IMG/VR virus record: IMGVR_UViG_3300045391_002372
Direction: 5' to 3' (one strand)
DNA: 39,285 nucleotides
Source: a virus
The stretch's first letter is position 1. Each line of letters opens with the position of its first letter. A model generated the notes under the pieces. That model saw only the letters and a program-made list of their open reading frames with translations. It was not told where the DNA came from and did no database searches. A program made the position numbers and the translations under genes. This document shows, one piece after another, positions 9,285 to 18,477 of this stretch.

Positions 9285-9616
9285 TCACCCGGCTACGCTT
9301 TCGCCTGATTGATAACCCTGGGCTTAATTGCGAGACATGCGCAGCGCGATTTCAATCAGATGAAATTACGCCGCCATGTATGACCGATTTCGGCTGCGAA
9401 ATGGGCGAAGATATCGCAAGTGATCAGGGAATAAATGATTTTGTCGATCAATACCTAAACGGGGTTTACCTCCGCAATCTTACCGGCTCAAGCGAGCTTT
9501 ATTTAAACGTCATAAAAGAACTTGGGTTAACAGATGAACCTGAAACGCTTTTAGCGCTTGAGTCCGTGGTGCGTGCGGCGGCTGATTTAACAAAAACTAA
9601 GGGGAACGATGATTGA
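8940..9616 (+). CDS. Tail assembly chaperone GT fusion (about 225 aa) made by a -1 frameshift at 9260-9266
   Basis: I translated 9266..9380 in the -1 frame (IQRDRVVTRLRFRLIDNPGLNCETCAARFQSDEITPPCM...) and found no stop. This joins ORF 8940 to ORF 9380..9616. Confidence 0.65.
9260..9266 (+). promoter_or_regulatory. -1 programmed ribosomal frameshift slippery site A_AAA_AAA
   Basis: The zero-frame codons are gaa aaa aaa ttc. The -1 frame from 9266 is open, with no stop, through ATG 9380 to the stop at 9616. Confidence 0.7.
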
Positions 9617-9923
9617 ACTAGAGCAAGAAATTAGAGACAAGTTACCAGCCGATACGCTCGCTAAACTTGAGCTAATCCCCGAGATGAGTAAAGAGCGTGA
9701 GGCAATTACCGACCGATATCTAGATGATCTTAAAAAAGTCTATGATCTTTTAAACGCAGGCCAGGAAGTCGGCACAGCGCTTTTATCTCGCGCATTACTT
9801 CAGACCTATCGCGTTATAGATGAGAATTTAAGGCTTAGAAAATCGCTAGATGATTTTATTAAGGAGCAATTACTAGCCAGCATTAAGCGCGATATTCCTA
9901 ATTTCGGATTCAGGCTTAGATAA
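9609..9923 (+). CDS. Hypothetical protein (104 aa) just upstream of the tape measure
   Basis: ORF track; aagggg SD; TAATG junction with the next gene. Confidence 0.5.
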   Translation: MIELEQEIRDKLPADTLAKLELIPEMSKEREAITDRYLDDLKKVYDLLNAGQEVGTALLSRALLQTYRVIDENLRLRKSLDDFIKEQLLASIKRDIPNFGFRLR

Positions 9924-12900
9924 TGGCGATTGGATCATCCTCCGGCGGAGATGTCGCAATTATTGTTAAAGTCGACGCCGAAGGAACAGTCTCTTTTTTT
10001 GATGCACTTGGCCAAAAGCTACAAGAAGTCGAGACAAAAAGCGCTAAGGCTGGCGAGGGGTTTACCAAGGCACAAACTAAACTAGTTTCGTTTGCATCCG
10101 CTGCAGACCTAGCGCAGAAAGCCTTCGGGCTTATGGGCAGGGCCTTTGATGCGTTAGAGCACGGCTCAAACGTCGACGATATAGCAACCAGCTTTGACAA
10201 TCTTTCCAATAGGGCCGGGGTTGCTTCCGATGTTTTATTAAATAAGCTCGACAAAGCATTCGACGGTACCATAGCGAAAACTGACCTAATGAAGCAGGCA
10301 AATGAGCTGCTTTTAGGTAATCTAGATCCCGGTAAGTTTGAGGTAATCGCGCAGGCCGCAAGAAAATTTGCCGAAGTTACAGGTGGCTCGGCCAAAGATG
10401 GCATGAATGCCCTTGGTGATTCCTTGTTGCGCGGCAATGACAAAGCTCTTAAGACACTTGGTATCGTTGTTGACAACACGCGAGCCATCGAAGATTACAA
10501 AAATAAACTTAACATCCACAATCGCGTTCTTTCAGAAACAGAGCAAGTCGAAGCGCATCGCGAGGCAAATCTAAAAGCGCTTGCCGAACAGTCATCTAAG
10601 CTCGGCACCGTCACCACAGACGCAGGCGATAGAGTTAATCAATTAAAAGCGGCATTCGAAAACGAATATAATCAAACAACCCAAAACATCTCCAACAATC
10701 TTATTCTATTGCAAACCCTCGGCGATCTTGTCGCCATGCTTGGGACGTTCACCGAAATGGTGGGCGAAACTATTAATGCGCTTCAGGGGCATGATCAATC
10801 AGTAAATACTGCCGCTACCTTCCTAAAGAATTACGTCGAGCGCGTTTGGGAAGGGTATAATGCATCCGAGGCTTATACTCTAGCCATCACTGATAGCGCG
10901 GAGGCCGTTCAAAAGATGGGCGCGCAGGCGCAAACCGCTGCGCCAAAAGTTAATCAATTAGGCGAGGCTTTCGCTGAGCAAGCCAGAAAGCGACAAGAGC
11001 AATTAAAGAAAGAAGCGGACGCGCAAATACTGCAGCAAAAAGGAATCCAAGCGGCAGAAAATCTCGCCAAGGCAAATAAAGAAATCCAAGCCAGCATTGA
11101 AAAATTAACTGGTTCGGGAGGCTTCTCTGAACTCGCTCGCGGGATCGCCTATACATTTGAGCAGCTCGACGAAGGAAACATAACGGCCCAACAGGCGGGC
11201 GTTGCGCTTTCAGAAATGAAGGATCAGTTCGCAAACACTGAAGACGGCGCCAGAAGATTCGCAGGTGCTTTGCAAGATGGCAAGCGAATAGCTGATGAAT
11301 GGTTTAAGGACGGCCAAGAGGACCTAAAGAAGTACAACGAATTAATGGCTGAAGCCGGAGGGGATTCAGAGAAATTCTTAGACAAATTATTCGGTGGCAG
11401 CAAGGCCGGGGGCAGCGAGTCCTTAATGAGTGTTGGCGAAGTAATTTTGACCGGTCTCGGGGCGGCGTTTTCCTCGGATGCCGTCAAAGATGCCTGGGCA
11501 CAGTCCATAGAAGCGGCGCTTTCCGCTGCAATGCAAATTGCAATGTCTCATGGTCTTAAGGGTAATGATTATAAAAAGATTACCGATTCGCTCGCAGGCT
11601 CAATTGCCGATGCGTTCCTTCCTGGTTCGGGGCCAGTCGCTTCAGCGTTAGCCGATGGCATATTCTCGGTATTTCAAAGTCATGATTCAGGCGGCACCAA
11701 AGCCCGCAAGGCTATAGATAGATATTTCTCAGATCTATTTAACGCCGATGAATTGACGGTAGTTATCAACAACCAGCTTTCTAAAATAAAAGATCTAGAT
11801 TTTGGCGGAAAGAACTTTGGTAATGCGGGCGCTGGATTTTTTGACACGCTTCAAAGCCAAGCTGCACCGGTGCAGCAAGCCTTCCAAGGCGTTGCCGATG
11901 CGGTTACTCAAATGCTCGGCCAATCTGCAGAATATGGAACCAATTTAGCTGCAGTCTTAGCCAATAATCTAGGTGGCTCGCTTAATAACTTACAGCTTTT
12001 AGTTCAAGCCACTGGTAAATCATTTGAAGATCTCGGAAACGCCATCATTCAATCGATGATGGCAGGCGAGATATCCGTACAAGAGGCCGCAGCCGGATTG
12101 CAACAGCTTCAAAACTTAATGCAAAAAGGCATTCCCGGTGCCATTGGCGCGGTAGATCAAGCCTGGAAAAACATGCAGGCGGCGGGCGAAAAGGGCGGGC
12201 GCGCCTTACTTGATTCCGTGGGAGACGTGGCAGCCGAGGCGGCAGAACTCGGGATTAAAACCCTACCTCAGCTAGAGCAAGCCCTGATCAATACCTTTCA
12301 TGTTCCTCAAGGCGAAGCGCAGAAATTCTTTGAGGCGCTTTCTATCGCAGGAGTTAGATCCTTTGATGACCTCTTACATGCAAGCAACGCAACACTGATC
12401 GCAATTGCCGCAAACTACGAAGATCTAATCAAGGGACTTAACGCAGGCTTTGCTAGCGCTAATTCTGCCGATGAAACAACTCCAAATTTTTCAACTCCTG
12501 TGATTCCAGCCGCAAGCCATATAAGCTCAACCGGCTCAAGCTCATCCACCAAAGCAGCCGATACCGCCAAAGAAAACGCCAAAAAACAGCGCGAAGCAAT
12601 CGATCAACTCCTGCAATCATCCGCAGATTACACAACCATTTTAAAGGCGATGACAAAAGGCACTGTAAGCGAAGCCGAGGCCAATATGGAACTACTCGCC
12701 ATGCGCAATCAGGCGATTGTATTACTCAAGGCTCAGACCGCAGCGCATAAAGCGCTTGATGAGGCAGAAAGAAAACACAAAACAAATCTCGAAGATTATC
12801 TTGGGGCAGTCGCTAAGGCTGATAAGGCTGTTACTGACTTTCAAGCAGGCGCTGAGGGACTTAAGGAAGGCGTTAACGATGGGAGCTTTCTATTGCCTGC

Positions 12901-13102
12901 AGAATTTAAGGTCTCAGTCGATGCAGGGGGCTTAGATATAAGGGGAGTGGCTGACCTTGCATCTCATCTTGTCGCGTTACCGTTAACTAAGACCTTCACA
13001 CTTAAATTAAACGTAGTCGGAAGCGCAAAGGATAAAGATATAATCTCTAGAGCGGCGTCTAGTTTTGGTAGCGACGTGGGGCCAGGCCAAGGGACTAGAT
13101 GA
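9923..13102 (+). CDS. Tail tape measure protein (1059 aa)
   Basis: Longest ORF downstream of the G/GT pair; Ala/Gln/Leu-rich helical sequence. Confidence 0.8.
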   Translation: MAIGSSSGGDVAIIVKVDAEGTVSFFDALGQKLQEVETKSAKAGEGFTKAQTKLVSFASAADLAQKAFGLMGRAFDALEHGSNVDDIATSFDNLSNRAGVASDVLLNKLDKAFDGTIAKTDLMKQANELLLGNLDPGKFEVIAQAARKFAEVTGGSAKDGMNALGDSLLRGNDKALKTLGIVVDNTRAIEDYKNKLNIHNRVLSETEQVEAHREANLKALAEQSSKLGTVTTDAGDRVNQLKAAFENEYNQTTQNISNNLILLQTLGDLVAMLGTFTEMVGETINALQGHDQSVNTAATFLKNYVERVWEGYNASEAYTLAITDSAEAVQKMGAQAQTAAPKVNQLGEAFAEQARKRQEQLKKEADAQILQQKGIQAAENLAKANKEIQASIEKLTGSGGFSELARGIAYTFEQLDEGNITAQQAGVALSEMKDQFANTEDGARRFAGALQDGKRIADEWFKDGQEDLKKYNELMAEAGGDSEKFLDKLFGGSKAGGSESLMSVGEVILTGLGAAFSSDAVKDAWAQSIEAALSAAMQIAMSHGLKGNDYKKITDSLAGSIADAFLPGSGPVASALADGIFSVFQSHDSGGTKARKAIDRYFSDLFNADELTVVINNQLSKIKDLDFGGKNFGNAGAGFFDTLQSQAAPVQQAFQGVADAVTQMLGQSAEYGTNLAAVLANNLGGSLNNLQLLVQATGKSFEDLGNAIIQSMMAGEISVQEAAAGLQQLQNLMQKGIPGAIGAVDQAWKNMQAAGEKGGRALLDSVGDVAAEAAELGIKTLPQLEQALINTFHVPQGEAQKFFEALSIAGVRSFDDLLHASNATLIAIAANYEDLIKGLNAGFASANSADETTPNFSTPVIPAASHISSTGSSSSTKAADTAKENAKKQREAIDQLLQSSADYTTILKAMTKGTVSEAEANMELLAMRNQAIVLLKAQTAAHKALDEAERKHKTNLEDYLGAVAKADKAVTDFQAGAEGLKEGVNDGSFLLPAEFKVSVDAGGLDIRGVADLASHLVALPLTKTFTLKLNVVGSAKDKDIISRAASSFGSDVGPGQGTR

Positions 13103-13917
13103 CGAGCACGCTTTTAATCTCGGCGTTTGATATCCCGGCAGCCTCTTTATATATATCGCCAGCCGCTGCAGCGGACGAGGATTTAAACGAATGGAATTTA
13201 CAAGCACCGAATCGTTATAGCTTGTTTCAATTTAACGCAGCAGCGGCGAGTAATTCGATTCGACATGACCTCGGAAGCGCTGTTACTAAGTCAGTGGATC
13301 ATCTGATTATCGCGCGCGCAGACATGCTTAAAACGGCTGGCGTTACCTCGATAACTTTATCCGGCGGTTCAGATGGCGCGACTTTTGGAACTACAGCCCA
13401 TACCAATGCTTCATTTGCATCGGCAACGCTATATGGGCCGCGCTCGAATGATTATGTTACTGAGATCGCCACTACCTCGGCATTGCGCTGGTGGAAAATG
13501 GCGTATGTAGCGACGTCTACAAAGTTTCCGCATTCAAAATTATCTTTCGGTAGCTTTTTTGATTTTGGCTGCGATGTCGGGAGCTACTCTATAGATCGCA
13601 TTCCAGCGAAGGAAGCGCGGTTTTATACCGACGCAGGCTCGCAATATCAATCAAGAGTCTCAGAAGAGATTTATAAATTCACGATGACCTGGAACAAGGT
13701 GACGGTGGCAAAGATGACAACTTTCATGTCAACGATTGCCCGCTATGCTCATCGGTTGCCAGTGTTTCTTTACACCACTACGGCAGGGAATAGACACGAG
13801 CTATTAGATTCTCAGCGGCTAATACATGCGCGGATAGTTCCTGAAAGCATTCAGAGAAAAGATGCACACTACGACCGACAGCAAATTACAATTGAATTTC
13901 AAGAGCTACTTGGTTAA
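13099..13917 (+). CDS. Tail tip protein (272 aa), paralog A
   Basis: ATGA overlap with the tape measure. It aligns with the next ORF (RWWKMAY/RYWRFRY, SKLSFGSFFDFG/SKLYFGTLFDMG, FTMTWNK/FTLKWEG). Confidence 0.6.
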   Translation: MTSTLLISAFDIPAASLYISPAAAADEDLNEWNLQAPNRYSLFQFNAAAASNSIRHDLGSAVTKSVDHLIIARADMLKTAGVTSITLSGGSDGATFGTTAHTNASFASATLYGPRSNDYVTEIATTSALRWWKMAYVATSTKFPHSKLSFGSFFDFGCDVGSYSIDRIPAKEARFYTDAGSQYQSRVSEEIYKFTMTWNKVTVAKMTTFMSTIARYAHRLPVFLYTTTAGNRHELLDSQRLIHARIVPESIQRKDAHYDRQQITIEFQELLG

Positions 13918-14717
13918 TGACAACAAACTTACTAATTGGCTATCCCGATATTCCATTTCGGGCCAGCGCTCCAACGCTTGTTTCTGGTACTGAAGACTCG
14001 ACATTGCCAGCAACTAACGCAATCTCAGGCGGGCGCGCGCAATGCTTTACTCTATCCAGCGCTGCAGGCGTAACTGATTTTAAATGCGATCTTGGGGCTG
14101 CAACAACTGCTGCGATTAACTTTTTGTATGTCGCGCGCGGCTTAGTATTAAAGAAGCAAGGATCTACGGCGGCGCTACTTAGTAGCAGCACTGACGATAT
14201 TACATATACCCCGCGTATTGGAACGACCTCAGCGCTACAGACTCGGACTTTTACCGGGCCGCAGGGCGACGATCTGTTTTTTGCGTCAGGCTTTAATGAT
14301 GACGTTGCAGGAACACTGCCTACTTCAGCTTTTCGTTACTGGCGCTTTCGCTACGGCGTTTCAAGTCCAACAAAAAAATGGTTTTTCTCTAAACTTTATT
14401 TCGGCACTCTTTTTGATATGGGGCGCGATCCGGTAATTGAATCAATGAACTTAAGTTGTTCAGTTAGAGAAAACGGCAATCGCGAACCACGAATGAATTT
14501 TACCCTTAAATGGGAAGGGATAACGAACACTATCCGCAATTCGTTTATTTCGAATATTTACCGCTGGCGCGAAGTAAACCCGGTAGTTTTATATGACACG
14601 AATAACTATATATTTAACGGCGCTAAAACTATTCATTGCTCAATTCTAAAAGCTGAAATTTCAAATCGAACGGCGGCGTCAAGCGACCTCACTGCAGAGT
14701 TTGAGGAACAAGTATAA
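13917..14717 (+). CDS. Tail tip protein (266 aa), paralog B
   Basis: Similar to 13099..13917 across its full length; TAATG junctions on both sides. Confidence 0.6.
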   Translation: MTTNLLIGYPDIPFRASAPTLVSGTEDSTLPATNAISGGRAQCFTLSSAAGVTDFKCDLGAATTAAINFLYVARGLVLKKQGSTAALLSSSTDDITYTPRIGTTSALQTRTFTGPQGDDLFFASGFNDDVAGTLPTSAFRYWRFRYGVSSPTKKWFFSKLYFGTLFDMGRDPVIESMNLSCSVRENGNREPRMNFTLKWEGITNTIRNSFISNIYRWREVNPVVLYDTNNYIFNGAKTIHCSILKAEISNRTAASSDLTAEFEEQV

Positions 14718-17080
14718 TGTCGTCACCAAAGATAGAGGGCTGGTACTATGTAAGTATCACGCTTAAAAGTCTTATTGATGGCTCAACTACAAAAACAGTT
14801 AAGTTATCTAATCGGCCAATTATTGAAGAGGCTGACGGCTCAACGATTTATTTCCCAATCCTAAAAGCGATTGAAAATATCGGCGGCGAAGTAGGGGATT
14901 TTGTCCCGGCAGCGCATAACGGATCTATAACACTCGACAACTCGCCGCATAGTTTAGGGTTCGCTCGAAAATTTTCTGATCTACTTGAGCGCTACACATT
15001 AGCGGGGCAACCGATAGCGATTTATTCAGCGCAAACAACGCTGGATGATGTAACTATTAATGCTGAGTTTTCTCTTGATTGGACCACGACCGGATTAACA
15101 TGGGAAATTGACGGAGACGATCTAAGGATTGATGTAGCGGAGCAGGCGTTAAGCAATAAAGTAATCACTAAGGTAATTGATACCGTTACCTTCACCACTG
15201 CGCCCGCAAATTCGGTGGGTAAGTATCTGCCGATAATTTTCGGTGATTCTGTTCCCGTTAAGCCAGTTTTGATTATTAACGGAACCGGCATCGTCTTAGA
15301 TCTACACCGTAGAGCTTATGCGACTAATTTTGGAACGAATTTTATAAACGGCGGCGCCGTAACGATTTACGTTAAAAGTAATTCAGGCGCCACAAATGGA
15401 ACTAATAGCACCTATTCGTCCGTTAGTAGCCCGTCGTCAGTAACGACGGCTTTTTTTGCGCCAAGCGGTGCCGCGACTGGCGCTGTTTCTCTTACGTCAT
15501 CTTATGCCTTTAACATTGAAGGCAGCGGCGCTCTTTTGTTGGGCCATGAGTGTTTAATAACTGGCGGGGACTTTGAAATACAAGGCAATAATACTGCAGG
15601 CACGCCAGCGGGCATTGTAACGATAGAGCTTTTAGAGTCTTTCACTGTTACCGGAGGAGGAGCCAGCCCGCCAAATGAGGGCAATGTAATAGCTACGGCC
15701 AAGGTTAATAAGTCCAGCTATACAACTCAGTGGCAAGCGACGGCGGCAACAACTTCTGTAATTCCTTTCGGCTTTGATAAACCTGCAAAGTTAGTAGGCT
15801 CGAATACCTATTGGCTTGCATTTAAAGGAAGTAACGAAACTGGCGCATCTCGAACGGATATGAAAATTACCGGCTCGGGAACGACTTACATAAAGGCTTC
15901 TACCGACGCTACATTTTACCTAAGCAACGCAGCGGCGGGAGCTAGAACAAACCTATATGCAGCAAAGTTTACGGATGTTCCAGACGCGGGAACGACCGAC
16001 GCTAACGGGCTTGGCTATTCATATATAGAGATTAGTCAAAATGGCGGCCTCGGAACCGCCCCGTCATTGCAGAATTTAGATATCGTAGTGATAGCCAATG
16101 GAATCACTGACGACGGATCGGGAACGCTTACGGGATCGGCATCTGCTAGGGTTAGAGCACCGCATCATGTAATTAAAGCGCTAGACCTTCAATGGACCGG
16201 CTCAGCCTGGACTACAACCGGGGCGAAGATAGATCAATCACATTTTTCATCGTCACTTTCTAACCATGGCGAGACGGGTACAGGAGTAAGCACTTTAGCC
16301 TTACCAAGACAGATTGGCGGCTATTCTGAGGGGAGAAAAACAGCTGCGGATTTAATGGCCGAAATTTGCCGTAACTCGGCAATGAAAATAAGCCGCTACA
16401 ATGGAAGTTCACAGCAATTCACTTTGTATGCTTGGGGCGACACTCGAACGACAGTTACAACAATAACGGATGAGGACGCAAAACTTCTTTCGGTAAAGGC
16501 GCTAGGCGCTGAAACAATAATCAACCGCGTAGCAATGAACTACTGGAAAGATATCACCTTTGATGACTTATTAGGTGCGGCGGGGAAGAGAGTCGATAGC
16601 TATAAGTACTCCACGATCTACGATATTGCCACCTCAACATTGGCGGCGACTCTTTCTACAACCTCTGTGAACTTATTCGGGCGAAATGAATTAGCGGAAG
16701 AGAATTTTAATTTTATCTCGAACAATCAGACGACCTATGCGCAATCGGTTGCTGAATATTTCTTGCGAACCTTTGCGTTCCCATTCGTCTACGTCGAACT
16801 AGAAGTACCGCTATTTAAGTACAAAACACTTATCGAGATGCTAGACGTTATCGAAATAGTGCATCCGGGCTTACCTGCTTATTTCGGCTCAGACTCTAAC
16901 GCTGATTTTCCATACTACTCCGGCGCTGTAACTGAATTAACTTCCGGCCAGTACTGGAAACGTGGCAAGCGCTACAGGGCGCAGATAGAAGGCAAAGTTT
17001 TAAATTATAACTTGGGACAATTCCCAACGATGAGACTTAGTGCACGGTTACTTTTAAATACCGGCGCCGATCCTACTTAA
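14717..17080 (+). CDS. Large tail tip / host-specificity-type protein (787 aa)
   Basis: Size and position after the tape measure and tip proteins. Confidence 0.55.
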   Translation: MSSPKIEGWYYVSITLKSLIDGSTTKTVKLSNRPIIEEADGSTIYFPILKAIENIGGEVGDFVPAAHNGSITLDNSPHSLGFARKFSDLLERYTLAGQPIAIYSAQTTLDDVTINAEFSLDWTTTGLTWEIDGDDLRIDVAEQALSNKVITKVIDTVTFTTAPANSVGKYLPIIFGDSVPVKPVLIINGTGIVLDLHRRAYATNFGTNFINGGAVTIYVKSNSGATNGTNSTYSSVSSPSSVTTAFFAPSGAATGAVSLTSSYAFNIEGSGALLLGHECLITGGDFEIQGNNTAGTPAGIVTIELLESFTVTGGGASPPNEGNVIATAKVNKSSYTTQWQATAATTSVIPFGFDKPAKLVGSNTYWLAFKGSNETGASRTDMKITGSGTTYIKASTDATFYLSNAAAGARTNLYAAKFTDVPDAGTTDANGLGYSYIEISQNGGLGTAPSLQNLDIVVIANGITDDGSGTLTGSASARVRAPHHVIKALDLQWTGSAWTTTGAKIDQSHFSSSLSNHGETGTGVSTLALPRQIGGYSEGRKTAADLMAEICRNSAMKISRYNGSSQQFTLYAWGDTRTTVTTITDEDAKLLSVKALGAETIINRVAMNYWKDITFDDLLGAAGKRVDSYKYSTIYDIATSTLAATLSTTSVNLFGRNELAEENFNFISNNQTTYAQSVAEYFLRTFAFPFVYVELEVPLFKYKTLIEMLDVIEIVHPGLPAYFGSDSNADFPYYSGAVTELTSGQYWKRGKRYRAQIEGKVLNYNLGQFPTMRLSARLLLNTGADPT

Positions 17081-17105
17081 TTAATTTTTACATGGAGTTT
17101 TAACT

Positions 17106-17813
17106 GTGGCTACAAATTGGGCCGATCCGCTGAGATCTAACACGGCATTAATGGACGATGTCGCAAATTACATCGATACCGGTGGTTTTATTTATGTCGG
17201 TACAAGTTCAGGCACGAACACTGTCACCTGGACACCTTCGCCAGTACTTCAGGCATATGTAGCCGGTCAAAAATTCATCGGTGTTTTAGGTGGAACAAAT
17301 ACAGCTTCAGCAACTTTTAACATCAGTTCACTAGGGGCGAAGACCGTCGTTATTACCGCTGGCTCAACTGCATTGTCGGGGGGCGAGTTAGCTTCTGGGA
17401 ATGTCGTTGTTTTTATATACGACGGCACGAATATGAGACTAATCGTTCCCGACACGCCTAACTGGAACTCATGGACGCCGACGCTGACAGCGGGCGGATC
17501 TATGACCTATACAAGTACTTCCATTAGTTATGCGAAGTATATAAAGCGCGGGAAACAGGTATTTTTTCAGGCATCTATTACCGGAACGACCGGAGTTTCG
17601 GCGCATCCGGATCTTATTATGTCCCTTCCATTCACTACCGCCGGGTCATCCGTTTGCGGGGGTGCCTGCTTGGTGCATGACAGTTCCAATGTTGCCGGGA
17701 CATTCACGCTCTCGACCAGTACGACCATTACCATTAATCGATACGATGCGGCCAATTGGGGGCTCGGCGCTAGTCGCGGCTACACGGTTCAGGGCTTTTT
17801 TGAGTCCACATAA
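17106..17813 (+). CDS. Tail fibre-like protein (235 aa)
   Basis: GTG start with ggag SD at 17094-17097; Gly/Thr/Ser-rich beta-type sequence. Confidence 0.45.
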   Translation: MATNWADPLRSNTALMDDVANYIDTGGFIYVGTSSGTNTVTWTPSPVLQAYVAGQKFIGVLGGTNTASATFNISSLGAKTVVITAGSTALSGGELASGNVVVFIYDGTNMRLIVPDTPNWNSWTPTLTAGGSMTYTSTSISYAKYIKRGKQVFFQASITGTTGVSAHPDLIMSLPFTTAGSSVCGGACLVHDSSNVAGTFTLSTSTTITINRYDAANWGLGASRGYTVQGFFEST

Positions 17814-17831
17814 TTTCTAGGAGTTTTTCAA

Positions 17832-18098
17832 ATGGAACCATTTCAAGTTGAATTTAATGGCGATGAATCAGACGAAAGCCACGGGGGAAACGCTAATTTA
17901 GAATTGTTAATTAAGATCTCAATTATTCTTTTTAGCTCAATACTTGCAATAGCCGTAACACTTGGCTGGAAAGTCGTAGATCACGGCGAGCAGATCTCAG
18001 GCATGAAAGCAACAATAGCTGGAATGGCCGATAGTCTTAATCGCATTGATAGAAATGTAGATAGGCTTGTAAGGCATAAGGATAGCTTTGAACCTTAA
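17832..18098 (+). CDS. Single-TMD membrane protein (88 aa), holin/antiholin-like
   Basis: Strong SD ctaggag 17817-17823. Acidic N-terminus, TMD LLIKISIILFSSILAIAVTLGW, charged C-terminus. Confidence 0.5.
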   Translation: MEPFQVEFNGDESDESHGGNANLELLIKISIILFSSILAIAVTLGWKVVDHGEQISGMKATIAGMADSLNRIDRNVDRLVRHKDSFEP

Positions 18099-18477
18099 CT
18101 TAAAACGAATAGCAAGTTTACCCGATGCCATGCTTGGGATCTTGCTGTTTGATGGAAGGCCGCATTTTACAACGCTTGAATTACCTTGGAAGAATAACGA
18201 GCATAATGTCTCATGCATTCCGGCTGGTAACTATGACATTCAACGAATCAGATCGCCTAAGTTTGGAGAGACTTTTGAGGTTGTAAGCGTACCGGGACGC
18301 TCGGGCATATTATTCCATTGTGGAAATTCGGCCACGGACTCAACGGGCTGCATACTTTTGGGCATGCAATTTTCATTTCTACCCGGACGGCCTGAGATTC
18401 TTTACAGCAAAAACGCCCACGATTGGACCATGCGGTACTTGTTCGGCACAGATAGGGCAACGCTAAAGATTGAATAA
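18088..18477 (+). CDS. DUF5675-like protein with a YkuD-type H...S-x-G-C motif (129 aa; the alternative start ATG 18130 is plausible)
   Basis: TTLELPWKNNEHNVSCIPAGNY...ILFHCGNSATDSTGCILLG matches my recollection of DUF5675. It also matches the HxG...SxGC(I/V) catalytic signature of L,D-transpeptidase-fold enzymes. Confidence 0.5.
   Translation: MNLNLKRIASLPDAMLGILLFDGRPHFTTLELPWKNNEHNVSCIPAGNYDIQRIRSPKFGETFEVVSVPGRSGILFHCGNSATDSTGCILLGMQFSFLPGRPEILYSKNAHDWTMRYLFGTDRATLKIE

Noticed and set aside
9916-11508. Several minus-strand ORFs (190, 76, 65, 94 and 94 aa) inside the tape measure gene
   Set aside because: They are shadow ORFs of a long Ala/Leu/Gln-rich gene, with junk-like R/S/P-rich composition and no start signals.
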